A stretch of 59,458 bases of DNA, the filler included. It is 6 parts of 6 records of this genome, joined end to end, with 100 filler letters (N's around TTAATTAATTAA, not from the genome) between each part and the next. Parts side by side here need not be neighbours in the genome. Positions count along the whole stretch, not along the records: positions 31,888 to 39,510 come from SRR31156797_51765; positions 39,611 to 44,911 come from SRR31156797_51789; positions 45,012 to 51,520 come from SRR31156797_51815; 3 more parts are not named here. One strand, written 5' to 3'. Positions within the stretch are counted from its first letter, which is position 1. The number at the start of each line of letters is the position of its first letter. A program made the position numbers and the translations under genes. Below, piece by piece: positions 39,026-47,332 of this stretch. Under the pieces are notes generated by a model. It had not been told where the DNA came from and ran no database searches. It saw only the letters and a list, made by a program, of their open reading frames with translations.

Positions 39026-39283
39026 TTAATCGCCCTTATTTTCCTTGTTTTGGGAGCCTTCGTCCCCTCCGATTTCCATTATCTGCCGGTAAACGGTATA
39101 TCCGCCGCCCACAACCCCCAACAGTATGAAAATAGTAAGAAATATACCTTTTGTACCCAGCCATTTATCAAGGTAATAACCTACGGCGAAACAGAAAACT
39201 ATGCAGCCGGCCATGGTTAATCCCAGTTGGGTAACCAAGGTCATCTGTTCCATTATTTGCTTATATTCCTTACCTTTACGCAA
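39026..39283 (-). CDS. atpZ: AtpZ/AtpI (ATPase gene 1) family protein
   Basis: G...G.YLDKWLGT...F..LG..GG pattern; GGGAGG RBS before the TTG start. Confidence 0.85.
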   Translation of the reverse strand: MRKGKEYKQIMEQMTLVTQLGLTMAGCIVFCFAVGYYLDKWLGTKGIFLTIFILLGVVGGGYTVYRQIMEIGGDEGSQNKENKGD

Positions 39284-39307
39284 TTTAAACGCCTCCCTTA
39301 CTACCTA

Positions 39308-39336
39308 ATTCTAACAACGACCGGGTTCACAGTCAA
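39308..39336 (-). promoter_or_regulatory. sigma70 promoter of the Fo operon
   Basis: TTGACT-17nt-TAGAAT on the minus strand, about 25 nt upstream of atpZ. Confidence 0.7.
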
Positions 39337-39510
39337 TGTCTGCTTTAGTCCGTTAAAAAAGGTACAAAGTAATCCGTCAAATTGCCAAACGTTAAAAGCC
39401 GCCTATTTGTAAACCGAGAAAATCGCCGGATTGAGAAATTGAAAACCCGCCCGAAATTATAAGTGCGAGTTACGGATGAACTTATAGTGGTTCTCAAAAG
39501 TATTTTCCAA

Positions 39511-39610
39511 NNNNNNNNNNNNNNNNNNNNNNNNNNNNNNNNNNNNNNNNNNNNTTAATTAATTAANNNNNNNNNNNNNNNNNNNNNNNNNNNNNNNNNN
39601 NNNNNNNNNN
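39511..39610. other. Artificial contig spacer 3
   Basis: N44-TTAATTAATTAA-N44. Confidence 0.98.
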
Positions 39611-40406
39611 CGATCTCTTCATTGACCTGCATGGTGCCCAACTGTGCGGCAAAGGCGGCACCTGTCCGCCCGGCCATGATGATTCCGGCCATGACGGCTC
39701 CCATGACACGGACCATTGCAATCCCCACCAGGTTGGCCACGTATATCTGAGCACCGAACATCATCAATTGGACCGCCCCCACAAAGGCGAGAATCAGACC
39801 CACCAGCAGGCTGATGAGGGAGACAATGGGAAGGGCTTCAATGCCGCAGTCCTGTATGATCCGGGTCAGATCAGAGCGGCGGAAGCGGGCTTTTCCGGCC
39901 AGGAACCGGGTAAAGGCCGTGAAGGTTTCACCCACAAAGGCGAGTGCTTCCCCCGAGGAGTGAAAAAATGCCATTGATTTGGCACCCACTCGAAAAAGAA
40001 ATGTCTCTTTTCGTGATTTTTTCCGGGCGCCTTCTTTTTCCGGCACTGCCGCCGCGAGATCCAGGAGTTTTCCGGCGCCATCAGGCAGGCCGGTTTTGTC
40101 AATGTCGATACCATATTTTGAAGACAGATCGCTCAACCGGCCAAGGAATATGAGAAGGGCACTGTCCCAGTCCGTAACGCCGGTTGCATTAAAAGCAATT
40201 CCAATGGTGGTGTGCCTAGTCATCTCTTTTTTGACGAGATCGGCTGAAGGACGTTTGTATTTAAGGGTCCAGCTTCCGGAAAGGTTGATCAGAAGCGTTT
40301 TTTTATCAGAACGGTCAAAAGAAAGCGCACAATCCTGTGACTCTGAATCGGTTGTGCCGGCGGTATGGCGGTATGGCTTCATGAAGGTACGATCCGGTGT
40401 ATGCAC
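39611..40406 (-). CDS. mlaE: MlaE family ABC permease with STAS-like N-domain (3'-truncated by gap; start uncertain)
   Basis: DWDSA, ALPIV.L...LVG.ILAF.G..QL..FGA, GRTGAAFAAQLGTMQVNEEI. Confidence 0.88.
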
Positions 40407-40644
40407 AAGTTTAGGTTATACCGACGGAAAATGGAAAGACCAGCCATTCAGACTTTTCCTCGCAATGGGAAAAACAGTTTTAAGCCGGAGACAGGGTATT
40501 GGTACCAAATAATCGCACCTTTATGCAACTTTAATCTTTGTGGATTGTCAGCTTTCTGTTTTCCGGTTGCGCCATTGCGATTGAGACTCAAATGTGCTCT
40601 AATACCGTACCTTCATATATGAAACTTTACACCATGGATGAATA

Positions 40645-41496
40645 ATGAACAGCAACTGGTTTCCCAAACATATGAGGTCGTCGGAAGCACTTCTGCGGAA
40701 AACCTTGAAATCCGCGGATGTCATTTTCGAAATACTGGATGCAAGAATTCCCTTCTGTAGCCGGGATGAGCGCATTGATTCGGTAACGAAAGGAAAACCG
40801 AAGATCGTTGTTTTAAACAAGTGCGATTTGAGTGATGATGAGAGCGACAGAAAATGGGCTGCCCATTATGAAAAAACGAATTCAAAATCCGTGACGGTCA
40901 GCGCGGTTCAAGGCACCGGCGTTAATAGACTCATCAAACTGGCACACGAGATCCTGCATTCCAAGACAAGCAAACTGCATGACCTAAGAGGCCGGAAAAA
41001 GGCTGTTACGGCCATGGTCGTGGGTATCCCAAATGTGGGGAAATCCACCCTTATCAATGCCATTGCAGGGAAGAAAAAAGCCAAAATCGCCAACAAACCG
41101 GGCGTTACAAAGGTCAAACAAAGGGTGACGACCCACAGACGATTGGAACTGTTGGACACGCCGGGGATTCTGTGGCCCAAAGAGAACGAAGACACCTTTG
41201 AAAACCTCGCTCTTATCGGCGCCATAAAGGATGAAGTTCTGGATCTGGAAACCCTTTCCATTTCATTGTTGACCAAGTTGATTGGTCTTGCGCCTGTGAA
41301 TCTGGAGAATCGCTATCAAATCCAGATCCATGACCAATCCCCCCTTGAGATCCTTGAGCGGATTGCCGTGAAAAGGGGTTGTCTCAGGAAAAACAAGAAT
41401 ATCGATTATATGCGCGTATCTCGCATTGTACTGGGTGATTTCAGGAAAGGGAGGTTCGGCAAGATTACCCTGGAGATGCCGGAAGACAACCATTAA
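40645..41496 (+). CDS. rbgA: Ribosome biogenesis GTPase RbgA/YlqF
   Basis: WFPKHM, DARIP, NKCDL, GIPNVGKST, PGVTK, LDTPGILWP (circularly permuted G motifs). Confidence 0.93.
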   Translation: MNSNWFPKHMRSSEALLRKTLKSADVIFEILDARIPFCSRDERIDSVTKGKPKIVVLNKCDLSDDESDRKWAAHYEKTNSKSVTVSAVQGTGVNRLIKLAHEILHSKTSKLHDLRGRKKAVTAMVVGIPNVGKSTLINAIAGKKKAKIANKPGVTKVKQRVTTHRRLELLDTPGILWPKENEDTFENLALIGAIKDEVLDLETLSISLLTKLIGLAPVNLENRYQIQIHDQSPLEILERIAVKRGCLRKNKNIDYMRVSRIVLGDFRKGRFGKITLEMPEDNH

Positions 41497-41539
41497 CTAT
41501 GTTTATGTTCTGTGTGATTCGGGGCAGGGTGGGTGAACT

Positions 41540-42475
41540 TCATGATTTAACGCCGGCCATTACCTTGGCGATATCCTCTTTTTCAAAAAGGTACGGGGTG
41601 GCGCAGTGTTGGCATCTGACTTCCACGGGAAAGGGTCCTTTCTCGACCATGTCCTGCAGATCTGTCTTTGGGAGAAGCCCCAGCATGTTCTCCACCCGGT
41701 CATGGTTGCAGTGACACATGAATTCAATCCTGTGATCCCCTAGAAATTGGGGGTTCAGCCCCTTGAAACTCTTTGAGACCAACGGTACGGGGTCTTCCCC
41801 GTCGGCGAATGCCGTGCCGATGGACGGCAGGTGGGACAACATGGTTTCGAGATTGTCCATAGCCGTTTCGTCGGCACCGGGCATGACCTGCAACATGAGA
41901 CCACCGGCCCCGGTAACATTTCCTTCATGATCAAATTTGATGCTCAGATTAAAGACGGTGGGGGTTTGTTCCGAAGTCAGGTAATAATGGGCCAGGTCTT
42001 TGGCAAGGCTCCCGTATTTGAGTTCCACCTGCCCTGTAAAGGGGTGTTTCGCATCCCGGAATGTTTTGGTTACCGACAGGAAACCCGCCCCGAAAAACGG
42101 GGAAAGGTCGAAATTTTCAAGGGGTTTTTCCATGGGGATGGGAACGTTTTTCAAGTAGCCACGGACTTCACCAAAGGCGTTGGCCTCGGCGAAAAGACCT
42201 TTGATGGGCCCTGAACAATCTATTTTCAGGCCGATCCGTTCATCTCCCTTCAGGCTGGCACACATCAGTAGACTGGCCATATAGGCGTGGCCCAGTACCA
42301 GGGTTTCCAGAATGCCCAGTTGGTGATTGGCCCGCATTTCGTTTGCCATCCGCGTCCCGTGTAAAACGGCCCCTCGGATCATGCCCCCTGAAAGGGTGAA
42401 ATGATAAAGTTTATCTCTGGCGCCGGCCTTCAGTTGCGCTTTCAGATCATTTCCGTAGGGTTGTTTCTTGATCAT
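41540..42475 (-). CDS. hslO: Hsp33 redox-regulated chaperone
   Basis: GPIKG, GEVRGY, YYLTSEQ, AGGLMLQVMPG, C-x-C and CxxC zinc site. Confidence 0.93.
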   Translation of the reverse strand: MIKKQPYGNDLKAQLKAGARDKLYHFTLSGGMIRGAVLHGTRMANEMRANHQLGILETLVLGHAYMASLLMCASLKGDERIGLKIDCSGPIKGLFAEANAFGEVRGYLKNVPIPMEKPLENFDLSPFFGAGFLSVTKTFRDAKHPFTGQVELKYGSLAKDLAHYYLTSEQTPTVFNLSIKFDHEGNVTGAGGLMLQVMPGADETAMDNLETMLSHLPSIGTAFADGEDPVPLVSKSFKGLNPQFLGDHRIEFMCHCNHDRVENMLGLLPKTDLQDMVEKGPFPVEVRCQHCATPYLFEKEDIAKVMAGVKS

Positions 42476-42948
42476 TGATTATTCCTCAGTATTAAAATGC
42501 GCCGCCTGTTTATGGCCTTGCGTGGAAAGCCTCGCTTATTTTTTCGGGAATGTTCCGAAGGTCCGGCTATCCGGCGGTGTAATCGCTGACACCGATTTTC
42601 ACGGTTTAGACATGATTTCGTCGACTACAATAACAGTTTTTATGGGCCAATGCAAACTCTGGGCTGTATCCCGGGAGGATCGTTTGAAGGTTGCCGTTAC
42701 CGGTATGGATCATGAGCGGTGAAACCTGCTGTAAAGGTGTATTGACCCGACCGTTATCCTGAATTCAGCAGTTCGAATTATGCACCCGTCTAACGCAACG
42801 AGCAGGGTGGTCGTTATAACCCCTTCCATACACTGAAACAGCGCGGCTTTTTGTTGATTTTTATTACTCAATTTCATAATCTTACGCCAAAGATGTGGCC
42901 CATAACCGCATATGACAACCTGAAAAAACAAATAGAAGGCGGGGTAAA

Positions 42949-44205
42949 ATGAAGGTTTTAGTGATTGATAATGATCCTGCTATCGGCAAATCATTTAAAG
43001 AACTGCCGATTGATATCGAGGAACTGCAGGCACTCCATAGCGGAGATGCAGCCATAAGAGGGGTAAAAAACGCACTGAAACGGAGAGATCCGTTTGAGTT
43101 GATCGCAATCGATATCGATTTGCCTGATATGGATGGAAGAAAAGTTACACTTGAAATCAGAAAAATCGAGCAGGAATGGTCAATTTCTCGTGAGAAAAGG
43201 GCCTTTGTCATGATGGTGACGGCACAGGCGGATGAGAAATCCGTCAAAACGTCCTTTGCCGCAGGGTGCAACGCATTTATCGTCAAGCCTTTCAAGGTCG
43301 AGACAATCGTGAAGACGCTCGCCAACAGCAGACTCAAATCCAAACTGTCCCGCGATGCCCAAAAAGAGCAAAAATTGGTGAATCCCATCGATATTATTCT
43401 GCGAAGATTGGAAACCGGAAAGCTTCAGATGGCGTCTCTGCCGGATGTAAGCATGAAATTGAATGAAATGGCTAAAAAAGGGCTCGATTTTAAATTGATC
43501 GGCGATCTTATTCGGAAAGATATGGCGATCACCGCAAAGATCATGAGCGTATCCAATTCCGCCTATTATGGTGCCGCTTCAAAAACCAAAACCGTGGACG
43601 AAGCCATATCACGTATCGGTCTTTATGCCACAAAGCAATATGTGGATGCCATATGCAACCGAAAATTATTTGTTACAGACGACAAAAAATATGTGAAGTT
43701 TGCAGAGGCATTGTGGAAACATTCTCTTTACTGCGCCATCGCCTCCCAAGGTGTTGTTAACCTCCTTGAACTTGATCTGAAAGCCGATGCTTTTTCAATC
43801 GGACTGTTGCACGATATCGGTAAAATGTTTCTATTGCAGATGACCTCCGAGTTGGAATCAAAAGAACAGTTGAACGGAAAGATCGACTTGGAGATGCTGT
43901 TCAGTTCATTGGAGAAATATCACAACTCCATCGGGGCGAAAACCCTTAGACAATGGAAATTTTCCAGGGAATACGTTGAAGGCGCGCTGTTTCACGATAA
44001 TTTGGAAAAAAAGGATTCGCCTTCTCAACAGTTGCTGGTGCTTCATTTTGCCAATGCTCTGGCAAAAAGCATGTTAAAAAAGAAGGACGATGACTCGGAT
44101 ACCAATTTAGCCGAGTTGGAATCTGCCCTTCTTCTCAAAATAACACCGGAGATGATTGTTGAAATTAAAAAAAGGATCGAAGCGCAATTGCCCCTTTTCA
44201 GTTGA
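42949..44205 (+). CDS. Response regulator receiver plus HDOD domain protein
   Basis: VLVID, IDIDLPDMDG, VKPF; LP...D.AITAKI.SVSNSAYYG, LWKHS, GLLHDIGK. Confidence 0.88.
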   Translation: MKVLVIDNDPAIGKSFKELPIDIEELQALHSGDAAIRGVKNALKRRDPFELIAIDIDLPDMDGRKVTLEIRKIEQEWSISREKRAFVMMVTAQADEKSVKTSFAAGCNAFIVKPFKVETIVKTLANSRLKSKLSRDAQKEQKLVNPIDIILRRLETGKLQMASLPDVSMKLNEMAKKGLDFKLIGDLIRKDMAITAKIMSVSNSAYYGAASKTKTVDEAISRIGLYATKQYVDAICNRKLFVTDDKKYVKFAEALWKHSLYCAIASQGVVNLLELDLKADAFSIGLLHDIGKMFLLQMTSELESKEQLNGKIDLEMLFSSLEKYHNSIGAKTLRQWKFSREYVEGALFHDNLEKKDSPSQQLLVLHFANALAKSMLKKKDDDSDTNLAELESALLLKITPEMIVEIKKRIEAQLPLFS

Positions 44206-44286
44206 TAAACGCCTCCATTTTGAAGATAAGGGTGTGGGTAAAAACCCCACCCCCCTGCCGGTCTGCATCCCAACGGAATGTTGAGT

Positions 44287-44911
44287 TTAGAAATCCTTCA
44301 GATCGTCATCATCCATTGGGATAATTTCTTCAGGATTGATCTCTGCCTTTCCCGCCGGTGCTGAAAGCGCTTTCATCTTTGTCTTGCCCGCTGTTTTTGG
44401 GCCGGTTCCTTGAATGTTCATTTTTCTCTTCCGACTTCCCCGGTCCGAAGAACTCCCCCCAACCATACCCACCAGTTCGCTCACAAACCCCTGCATCTGT
44501 TCGGCTTGAGCGCTCAACTCTTCAGATGCGCCGGCGGATTCCTCGGCGTTGGCCGCCACCTGTTGCACCACCTTATCCATATCCGCCACCGCCGTGTTAA
44601 TTTCCTCGATCCCCTGGGACTGTTCGTTGGAAGCTGCGGAGATCTCGTCCACCAGACCTCCGACCTTTTGAGCAATCTCTATATTCTCCGTAAAGGCCTC
44701 CTGGGTGGACTGGGTTAACGCATTGCCGTTTTTCACGGCCTTGATGGTGTTTTCGATAAGGTTTGAGGTGTTTTTGGCTGCTTCAGCCGCTCTTATGGCC
44801 AAGTTACGGACTTCGTCGGCCACAACGGCAAATCCTGCTCCCGCTTCTCCCGCCCGGGCGGCCTCCACCGAGGCATTGAGCGCGAGTAGGTTGGTCTGAA
44901 AGGCGATCTCA
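44287..44911 (-). CDS. Methyl-accepting chemotaxis protein, C-terminal fragment (5'-truncated by gap)
   Basis: [34 protein letters not shown] hairpin tip; C-terminal DDDDLKDF. Confidence 0.93.
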
Positions 44912-45011
44912 NNNNNNNNNNNNNNNNNNNNNNNNNNNNNNNNNNNNNNNNNNNNTTAATTAATTAANNNNNNNNNNNNNNNNNNNNNNNNNNNNNNNNN
45001 NNNNNNNNNNN
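44912..45011. other. Artificial contig spacer 4
   Basis: N44-TTAATTAATTAA-N44. Confidence 0.98.
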
Positions 45012-45248
45012 ATCCTTGACCGGGATCTTGCCATCTGCACCCCCCGCCAGTATGCGGAAGACAATGAGATCGTCGTTGCCCTGATCGACCAGGAGGAGGC
45101 CACGGTCAAGCGCTTTTTCCTGCACAAGGACCATATCGAGCTCAAGCCTGAAAACCCGGATTACGCTTCCCAGCGGTACGATTTCGACCAGGTGCTGGTC
45201 CAGGGCAGGGTGGTCGGCATTGTCCGGGGGCCGGAAGGCATTTTGTAG
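45012..45248 (+). CDS. lexA: LexA repressor, C-terminal peptidase S24 fragment (not in ORF track; 5'-truncated by gap)
   Basis: Manual translation ILDRDLAICTPRQYAEDNEIVVALIDQEEATVKRFFLHKDHIELKPENPDY...VLVQGRVVGIVRGPEGIL*; ATVKR carries the catalytic Lys. Confidence 0.85.
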   Translation: MLDRDLAICTPRQYAEDNEIVVALIDQEEATVKRFFLHKDHIELKPENPDYASQRYDFDQVLVQGRVVGIVRGPEGIL

Positions 45249-45254
45249 GAGAAC

Positions 45255-46079
45255 GTGATGGAACAGCGCTTCAACCGTTGCCGGGATGTTCTGGTGGGAA
45301 CCAGCGGATACTCCTATGTGGAGTGGATCGATGCGGGTTTCTATCCCCCGTCCACGTCCCAAAAGGCCATGCTGCCCCTGTACCAGGAGTCGTTCCGGGT
45401 AACGGAACTCAACTACACCTGGTACCAGATGCCCAAGGCCGCGGCGATCGAGCGCATGTGCGCCCGGGTAGCCCCCGGGTTCCGGTTTGCGGTGAAGCTC
45501 ACCCGGACCATGACCCATGAGGTGGTGCCGGACAGGTGGCGGGGGGAGGTGAAGCGCTACAGGGAGGGGCTCGATCCCCTGGTGCGGTCCGGTAAGCTTC
45601 TAACCGTGCTGATCCAGTTTCCCTTCTCCTTTTACCGGTCCGTCGATCATCGCCACTACCTTGCGGCCCTGGTGGAGGAGCTTGCCGGGCTTCCCCTGGC
45701 CGTGGAGTTCCGCCATGATTCCTGGGCCTGCGATCCCGTGTTCGCCGAATTGGAAAAACGGGGGATCACCCTGGTTACAGTGGATATGCCTCCCCTTGCC
45801 CATCTTTTTCCCTGCCTTTCCGTGGTTACCAATCCCGGCCTGGCCTATATGCGCTTCCACGGCAGGAACATCCGGGGCTGGGGATCGGGGTCCATGCAGC
45901 GCCAGTTTGACTACGACTATTCCGATGACGAGTTAGGGGAACGGCTGGAGCGGGTGATCAGGCCCATGGCTGCAAAGGCGGACACCTGTGCGCTTTTTTT
46001 CAATAACCATGTGCGGGGCCAGGCACCGAAAAACGCCCATACCCTCATTTCCATGTTTGGGCCGGCCAAGGACGCGTGA
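45255..46079 (+). CDS. DUF72 (YecE/YunF-like) TIM-barrel protein
   Basis: GTSGYSY..W...FYP, ELNYTWY, QFPFSF, AVEFRH, YMRFHGRN, DYDYS..EL, FFNNH..GQA..NA. Confidence 0.9.
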   Translation: MMEQRFNRCRDVLVGTSGYSYVEWIDAGFYPPSTSQKAMLPLYQESFRVTELNYTWYQMPKAAAIERMCARVAPGFRFAVKLTRTMTHEVVPDRWRGEVKRYREGLDPLVRSGKLLTVLIQFPFSFYRSVDHRHYLAALVEELAGLPLAVEFRHDSWACDPVFAELEKRGITLVTVDMPPLAHLFPCLSVVTNPGLAYMRFHGRNIRGWGSGSMQRQFDYDYSDDELGERLERVIRPMAAKADTCALFFNNHVRGQAPKNAHTLISMFGPAKDA

Positions 46080-47272
46080 TGGAGCGGTCGATCATTCATC
46101 TCAATGTGGCGGATTTTGCCGTTGCCGTGGAGCAGACCCGGAATCCCGGACTCAAGGGCGCGCCCGTGATTATCGCTCCCCCCGGCACCGCCAGGGCCGT
46201 TGTCTATGACATGAGCGAGGAGGCGTTCCAGGAGGGAGTTCAAAAGGGGATGCCCCTTGGACGGGCCTTTCGCCTCAGCCCCCGGGCCACCCTGCTGCCC
46301 CCCTGCCCGAACCTGTACGAACGCGCCATGAAGGCACTGATTTCCAAGTCCCTTGCCTACTCGCCCCGGATCGAATCGGGGAAACGGGACGGCCATCTAT
46401 TTATCGATGCCACCGGCACCAGCCGGATGTTCGGGCCGGCCGTGGATGTTGCCTGGCGCTTGAACCGGGAGATGAAATCCGCCCTGGGGCTTGATCCCAT
46501 ATGGTCTGTTGCCACCAGCAAGCTTGTGGCCAAGGTGGCCACCCGCCTTGCAAAGCCCGTTGGGGAGTACATCGTGGGACCGGGTGAGGAAGCGGCCTTT
46601 CTTGCGCCCCTGCCCCTTGATATCATTCCCGGACTTGGAAGGGAGGACCTGCTGCGCCTCAGGGAGTTCAACCTCTCCAGGGTGTCCGAGCTCAGATCCC
46701 TTGATTTTGCCCAGCTTGAAACCGCCTTTGGCAACAGGGCCGGCGCCGTCTTTGACGCCATCCGGGGGGTGGATGCCGCCCCCGTACCCCGGGCAGCGGA
46801 AAAGGAAGAACGGCTTTCGGCCGACCATGAATTTCCCGAAGACACCAATGATGGGGCCCGCCTGAAACAGGGGGTGCACCTTGTGGTGGCCTCCCTGTGC
46901 CGGAAGCTGCGGCAGCGGGGGCGCCACGGCGCCACCCTGACCCTGGTGCTCACTTACTCCGACGGCATCCGGCGGTATGCAAGGATGCGGCTCAAGCCCG
47001 CCACCGCCAGCGACTTCACCATGTTCCGCCAGTGCACTCCCCTTCTTTACAAGGCCTGGAACCGGCGGATACGCATTCGTCACATGGGGCTTGTGTGTGA
47101 CCGGGCCGTGCCCCCCGACCCCCAGCTGGACCTGTTTGTGGACGACACGGGAAAGAAAAAAGAGGAGCGCCTCGTCAACGCCATGGAGCGGATCCGGGAC
47201 CGATTCGGGGCTTCCTCCGTGGGACCGGGGTTGGCCCTCCAGGCCTCCTGTGGATGTTTGCACGCCAATTGA
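46076..47272 (+). CDS. Y-family DNA polymerase homologue, predicted catalytically inactive (ImuB-like)
   Basis: IIHLNVADFAVAVE in place of HxDMDAFYASVE, no SIDE motif; KLVAKVA, QLDLF clamp motif, MERIRDRFG tail; GTGA overlap with DUF72. Confidence 0.85.
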   Translation: MMERSIIHLNVADFAVAVEQTRNPGLKGAPVIIAPPGTARAVVYDMSEEAFQEGVQKGMPLGRAFRLSPRATLLPPCPNLYERAMKALISKSLAYSPRIESGKRDGHLFIDATGTSRMFGPAVDVAWRLNREMKSALGLDPIWSVATSKLVAKVATRLAKPVGEYIVGPGEEAAFLAPLPLDIIPGLGREDLLRLREFNLSRVSELRSLDFAQLETAFGNRAGAVFDAIRGVDAAPVPRAAEKEERLSADHEFPEDTNDGARLKQGVHLVVASLCRKLRQRGRHGATLTLVLTYSDGIRRYARMRLKPATASDFTMFRQCTPLLYKAWNRRIRIRHMGLVCDRAVPPDPQLDLFVDDTGKKKEERLVNAMERIRDRFGASSVGPGLALQASCGCLHAN

Positions 47273-47332
47273 TATCCCCATTACCTGTTCTCATAACAAC
47301 CGGGCTCAATTCATAAGCGAGAAGCTATAACC

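Noticed and set aside
35517-39283. Fo cluster as an N-ATPase operon
   Set aside because: N-ATPase operons run atpD-C-Q-R-B-E-F-A-G with one long b subunit; here there are separate b and b' genes and no F1 genes.
42476-42948. 470-nt intergenic region between hslO and the HDOD gene as a possible ncRNA or riboswitch
   Set aside because: No recognisable riboswitch or ncRNA motif by eye; an Rfam/Infernal scan would be needed.
44960-45518. ORFs running into N blocks (44964-45518, 44960-45145; also 39563-39754)
   Set aside because: They are antisense or off-frame to lexA, DUF72 and mlaE, and extend through linker Ns.
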